DNA of 63,823 nucleotides, counting the filler, from Lenisia limosa (taxonomy: Eukaryota; Protista; Breviatea), in the NCBI GenBank assembly GCA_001655205.1. It is 12 parts of 12 records of this genome, joined end to end, with 100 filler letters (N's around TTAATTAATTAA, not from the genome) between each part and the next. Parts side by side here need not be neighbours in the genome. Positions count along the whole stretch, not along the records: positions 58,574 to 62,623 come from LPNZ01003914.1; positions 62,724 to 63,823 come from LPNZ01000754.1; 10 more parts are not named here. The stretch is one strand, 5' to 3'. The translations under genes were made by a program, and so were the position numbers. Within the stretch, counting starts at the first letter, position 1, and every line of letters begins with the position of its first letter. Shown here piece after piece: positions 59,471 through 63,823 of this stretch. The notes beneath the pieces were generated by a model. That model made no database searches. It was not told where the DNA came from and worked only from the letters and a program-made list of their open reading frames with translations.

Positions 59471-60201
59471 CGTTATGAAACAAAAAAAAAACAAACGCTC
59501 ATTAACTCATGGGGTCAAGGTGTGTGTGGGGGGATTCAGCGATACACACAACAAATATATGATATACTGTTTATATATCATATACTACACCCCCTAACAT
59601 GAAAACCCAAATAAAAAACGTATTTTTACCGGGCACATGTACTCCGCAAGGGTAATCAAATCTAATCACATAAAAACGCGCCATTTTTACAAGCCAGAAA
59701 GCCAGTTAGCCAGTTGCAACAAAGTCTCTTCTCACGAACGCTCCTCTACAATTTTCAATCAATTGTGTTGTTAAGTAAAAAGATCGGGAACTTATCAAGA
59801 AAATCTCAGCCGCTTCCCCGACAATCCGGTGATCTGATCTCCTTTCCCCTACCATGAACAAGGTTACGCCGCGAGTTCAAGTGAGATTTTGGTCGTATTT
59901 TAAACGATTGTGTACTATTTAGTCGTTTTATATCTTATTTTGTATCTTTTATTGTATTATTCTAGGAGTAGTTGGTTCTGATTCTGCACATATATCGCTA
60001 TGTTTAAGTCTTATTTTTCTCTATATTTGACTAGTATAATGCTCTTTTAACTAAATTTTGTGGATGTTTTGGTCGTATCCCTCAAAAACCACACTAAATG
60101 TCTCAATAGATCCTCGCGAAAATCTATTGTCCCACCTTTTCGAACAAGATCAAAATAAGTGTATGGCTGACCTTAGTCTTCCCTGAATTGTATGAATAGA
60201 T

Positions 60202-60300
60202 TAGAACTTCACATTCGGTTCCAACAAAGACTGAATTCTCGAGACATCCTCAATAAATATCGATATTTAAAATATCTTTCATTACCTAAATCAAGCGCTA
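60202..60300. mobile_element. MITE family C, decayed
   Basis: TAGAACTTCACATTCGG...TCAAGCGCTA with TSD GAATAGAT/GAATGGAT. Confidence 0.72.
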
Positions 60301-60728
60301 GAATGGATATCTATGCAATAGGACTCCATTGTCAAGTTAGGTATTAGTTTCAGATTTTGAAGTGCAACAAAGTGCAACCCAAACTCCATTTCAGACGCTT
60401 AAATAAATATATATATCAGTAAAATCCCTGTATACTAATACCAAAAATCCACTTATATTAGATAGTAAGCCCCATATTCAGATGAGCTAGATAAAGCTCT
60501 TTAATTGTGAATTGTATGATAATCGCAGATAGCATTAAAACAATATAGCGCAAAAGCATATGTGTATAAATAAAAATAGAGAGCAACCTACAGGATATTG
60601 ATTATAGTACACTGTGTCCCATTGCATATCATGTTATTTTGCATATTGAGAAAATATTTCAGAATTTTGAGTGGGTCATATTGTAACGAGAATGCTATTT
60701 CAGAAATTTTCATTTCTTCAACAAACTG

Positions 60729-62455
60729 TTTCAACAAAGCCCTCATGATACGATTTCTCAGAGTATTTCACACAAAGAGAATATAGAATATCAACATATA
60801 GAAAGGATATGATGAAAGTACACCCAAATTCCCATCTAATTGTTCAGGTGATTTCTCACATAGAAAAGAGTATCAACTACAAGGTATTTGACACAAAATG
60901 GTTGGTCAAACATCTTCATGTCATATACTCTTTTTTGAAACAAGAGAGTGCATTAAGAATCACAGGGATACCATAAACACATTGCACTACTCTATAAGCG
61001 GCTGGATGACTTCGATGAATACTACCTTTATGCTTCACTTCGGTTCAAAAAAAGACTGAATTTCTCGATAAATCCTCGAAAACTATCGATANNNNNNNNN
61101 NCTGTGTGCACAGAGTTGTACATGATTGGGTGAATTAATATTATACTATAATCCAATATCACTTATAAGCGTGATGGGGATGGCATCTTGGTCCAAGCTG
61201 ACGTGTATGGTTAATCTTCAGAGTCATTGGGGATATAGGAGCTCGCAAATCCAGCGACGGTTTTTGTCAGACATCGGTAACCGGGAAGGCGGCAACGAAC
61301 AGCTCCTCGAGACGCTCAATCACTGGAGCTGATCTCCTCGCTCACAGCAAAGCCGGAAGCAACAGAGAGACCGGAGGAAAGCTCGGACAGTAGCATGAAA
61401 AAGCCATGCTGGAGAAGCTCCTCTTCACTCATTGGAGTGAAGGCAGCGATAGCATCAAGAACCGAACTGGACACAACCTACTCAACGTCCAGGAATTCAA
61501 TGTTCTTCTGAAAGAATTTTGGCGAACGACGTGGAGCTTGGACAGGATAGATTTGTTAATGGGCTTAGGTTCTCAAGGATGAGGAAGTCCTTCTTGATGG
61601 CTGGCTTTGAAATTATCCGTACTTGTGGTTCTAAACCCAACAACTACATAGAGAGCTAACAAACCTTCGTTGGTGTCAGTCTCAGGGATAATAGCATCTT
61701 CGGAGGTGGCTTCACCATAGACTCCAATGTTGGTAGCGGCGTTATCCAGAATGGACCTGGGCAGAGATGACCAGCTTGTCAAGCGCTTCTCAAAGGCCTG
61801 TTGGCTCTCGGCTAGAGGCATGGCAGAAAGGCATATTGAGCAAGAGCCACAAGGGTCGATCTTCTTGAAGGGACTGCCATTTGGAGGAAACAGATGAACT
61901 GAGGAGGTGAAAAGGTAACCCCCCAAGGTGCAAACACAAAAATAGGAGAAAAGATTTACTATAAAACAAAGGAGGAGAAGGAGGGGTGGAAATAACGCTC
62001 TCTCGTCAATCTGAAATATGTACCTTGCGATTGCCACTGTCCAGTCCCAACAACCACCCAATGAACTTTTACAAAGGACTTCAGCATGCTTTCAACAAAG
62101 CCCTCATGATACGATTTCTCAGAGTATTGAAATACACAAAGAGAATATAGAATATCAACATATAGAAAGGATATGATGAAAGTACACCCAAATTCCCATC
62201 TAATTGTTCAGGTGATTTCTCACATAGAAAAGAGTATCAACTACAAGGTATTTGACACAAAATGGTTGGTCAAACATCTTCATGTCATATACTCTTTTTT
62301 GAAACAAGAGAGTGCATTAAGAATCACAGGGATACCATAAACACATTGCACTACTCTATAAGCGGCTGGATGGCTTCGATAAATACTACCTTTATGCTTC
62401 ACTTCGGTTCAAAAAAAGACTGAATTTCTCGATAAATCCTTGAAAACTATCGATA
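60729..62455. repeat. ~360-bp near-identical direct repeats (60729-61091 and 62090-62455) around ~1 kb of unique DNA
   Basis: Both copies run TTTCAACAAAGCCCTCATGATACG...GAAAACTATCGATA and differ by only a few substitutions/indels. Confidence 0.92.
61240..62061 (-). pseudogene. GC-richer ORF fragments between direct repeats (gene remnant or TE cargo)
   Basis: ORF 61573-62061 (…MPLAESQQAFEKRLTSWSSLPRSILDNAATNIGVYG…) is followed by out-of-frame segments (VVSSSVLDAIAAFTPMSEEELLQHG; VIERLEELFVAAFP). No family recognised. Confidence 0.3.
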
Positions 62456-62490
62456 TTTTACCGGTCTTTTTTGAACCGAAGTGAAGCCTT
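62391..62490. mobile_element. MITE family C
   Basis: GCTTCACTTCGGTTCAAAAAAAGAC...GTCTTTTTTGAACCGAAGTGAAGC. Its duplicate at ~61030-61091 is cut by a 10-N gap. Confidence 0.85.
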
Positions 62491-62874
62491 TATGCTCACA
62501 ACCTTCATAATTTTACTTGTTGAAAAATTTGTTTTGGTATCTTTGATTCATCAATCGTCAAATTTTTCTCACCCCCTCTCTCTTTCCATTTTTACCCCCC
62601 CCCCGTTCTCTGGAGTGATGCGGNNNNNNNNNNNNNNNNNNNNNNNNNNNNNNNNNNNNNNNNNNNNTTAATTAATTAANNNNNNNNNNNNNNNNNNNNN
62701 NNNNNNNNNNNNNNNNNNNNNNNTAAAATAAGTACTAAAATACATACAAAAAATATAAAATTTATTTTTTATCTAATGAGAACATACTGGAGAATTACTT
62801 TAAGAGTTTAGTTTTTAGGAAATAAGATAAAAGGTTTTTTATGTTGTTATTTATATAGTTAAGTTAAAATTTTA

Positions 62875-62934
62875 TTTATGTAGTTAAGTAATAATTTATG
62901 TAGTTAAGTAATAATTTATGTAATTAAGTAATAT
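62875..62934. repeat. 20-bp tandem array x3
   Basis: TTTATGTAGTTAAGTAATAA x2 plus TTTATGTAATTAAGTAATAT, with a degenerate unit at ~62850-62869. Confidence 0.9.
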
Positions 62935-62936
62935 AT

Positions 62937-63323
62937 TTATTCGGTGAATACCACAGTTTCAACGCATCTCAATGAAGTAATACGTTTTTGAACATAGTCC
63001 ATCTCACGATCATAAGTCTTCTCAGAAATATGATTATGAAGATGTAACTGTACCAATTTCTCACAATAATTCCTAAAATCTTCAAGAAGAGCTTTATTCA
63101 GAAAAGTTCTTCGATAGGATTCAAGTCCAGCTCTGGTCAAGGAATATTTTAATTCAAGCTCGTTACTTTTGCAAGAAGAATTCTTCTTAGGAGCAGCAAC
63201 TTTATTGAGCTGAATAGGTTTATCGATCTTAACCTGAGACATTGAATTAATCAGAGAGTTGATAGATTTGTTCTCAGCAACGGAAACCATTGTATGGTAT
63301 TGAATATTACTGAGACCGGTCAT
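62937..63323 (-). CDS. Intronless 128-aa ORFan on an AT-rich scaffold (possibly viral or extrachromosomal)
   Basis: Single open frame flanked by very AT-rich DNA, with a helical C-terminal half (YRRTFLNKALLEDFRNYCEKL...TYDREMDYVQKRI). No introns and none of the host repeat families on this scaffold. Confidence 0.7.
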   Translation of the reverse strand: MTGLSNIQYHTMVSVAENKSINSLINSMSQVKIDKPIQLNKVAAPKKNSSCKSNELELKYSLTRAGLESYRRTFLNKALLEDFRNYCEKLVQLHLHNHISEKTYDREMDYVQKRITSLRCVETVVFTE

Positions 63324-63616
63324 ACTTAAAAAATACTATTTGTACCCAGGAAAAAATACGGAAATTTTTGCCTTAATTTTTTAAAAATTTATTTCAAATT
63401 AAATTTTAAATTTTTCCCCAATAAGAAGTCAAATATAGCCGAATAGTACTCGATTTTAAAATTTAGTAAAATAGCCGACTTGCTATAGGGGGTACCCTTA
63501 AGGAAAATGTGAAAAAAGTATGTAATTTTTTCAGCTTTGGAATAAAACAGGTCTAAAATAGACTATAATAGGTGAATATCGATGTTTTTAGAGGATACTG
63601 ATATTAATTTTATGAT

Positions 63617-63766
63617 TTTAATAATATAATATGAACACCATATGTACATCAATAATTATACATCGTTAAATTATGGGTCAAATGGGAGCGTAAGCGACCA
63701 TTTGAGACATGATTTAATGATGTGTAATTATTGGTGTACATATGGTGTTCATATTATATTATTAAA
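63617..63766 (+). other. Long imperfect palindrome (69-bp stem, 12-nt cap GAGCGTAAGCGA)
   Basis: The arms 63617-63685 and 63698-63766 pair except for four G-T-compatible positions and one 2x2 internal loop. Confidence 0.93.
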
Positions 63767-63823
63767 GGGATCTTACATTGGGAGAAAAGGGCACTGAAAC
63801 AAAACGGTTTTTCCAAGAGAAGG

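Noticed and set aside
60729-62455. LTR retrotransposon
   Set aside because: The repeats lack TG..CA ends, PBS and PPT, contain exon-like sequence and a MITE, and no gag/pol motifs lie inside.
6641-62490. tRNA genes or Pol III B-boxes suggested by GGTTCGA
   Set aside because: The motif is part of the MITE TIR; no cloverleaf or A-box is present.
1-63823. Alternative genetic code or selenocysteine read-through
   Set aside because: Conserved genes (RagA, PFDN4, USO1) translate cleanly with the standard code. Stops in the PLE coincide with frameshifts and decay.

Overview
Intron-dense eukaryotic (protist-like) DNA that is not one locus. It is 12 separate scaffolds joined by 11 artificial 100-bp linkers (44 N + TTAATTAATTAA + 44 N), so no synteny can be inferred across linkers. 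The six-frame ORF track is mostly uninformative because genes are split into short exons; I assembled exons by eye. Recognisable genes are RagA/Gtr1, USO1/p115, prefoldin 4, a vanin/biotinidase, an LRR protein, THADA/Trm732, a UPF3-like protein, an AAAP/SLC38 amino-acid transporter, a DUF2415-type WD40 protein and a divergent CK1-like kinase. Sfi1-like and IFT88-like fragments are weaker calls, and several genes are unassignable. Introns are heavily colonised by short repeats: a ~100-bp hAT-type MITE (about 18 copies, 8-bp TSDs, two subfamilies), a ~80-bp Tc1/mariner-type MITE (5 copies), and two related GT-rich/poly-C-ended families (A, B). Families A and B lie almost always in the sense of the host gene and repeatedly form the intron 3' end, which is Introner-like behaviour and the most interesting host signal. 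There is also a decayed Penelope-like reverse transcriptase. The last scaffold (62724-63823) looks foreign: AT-rich, one intronless ORFan, a 20-bp tandem array and a 69-bp-stem hairpin. All homology calls come from remembered motifs, not database searches.
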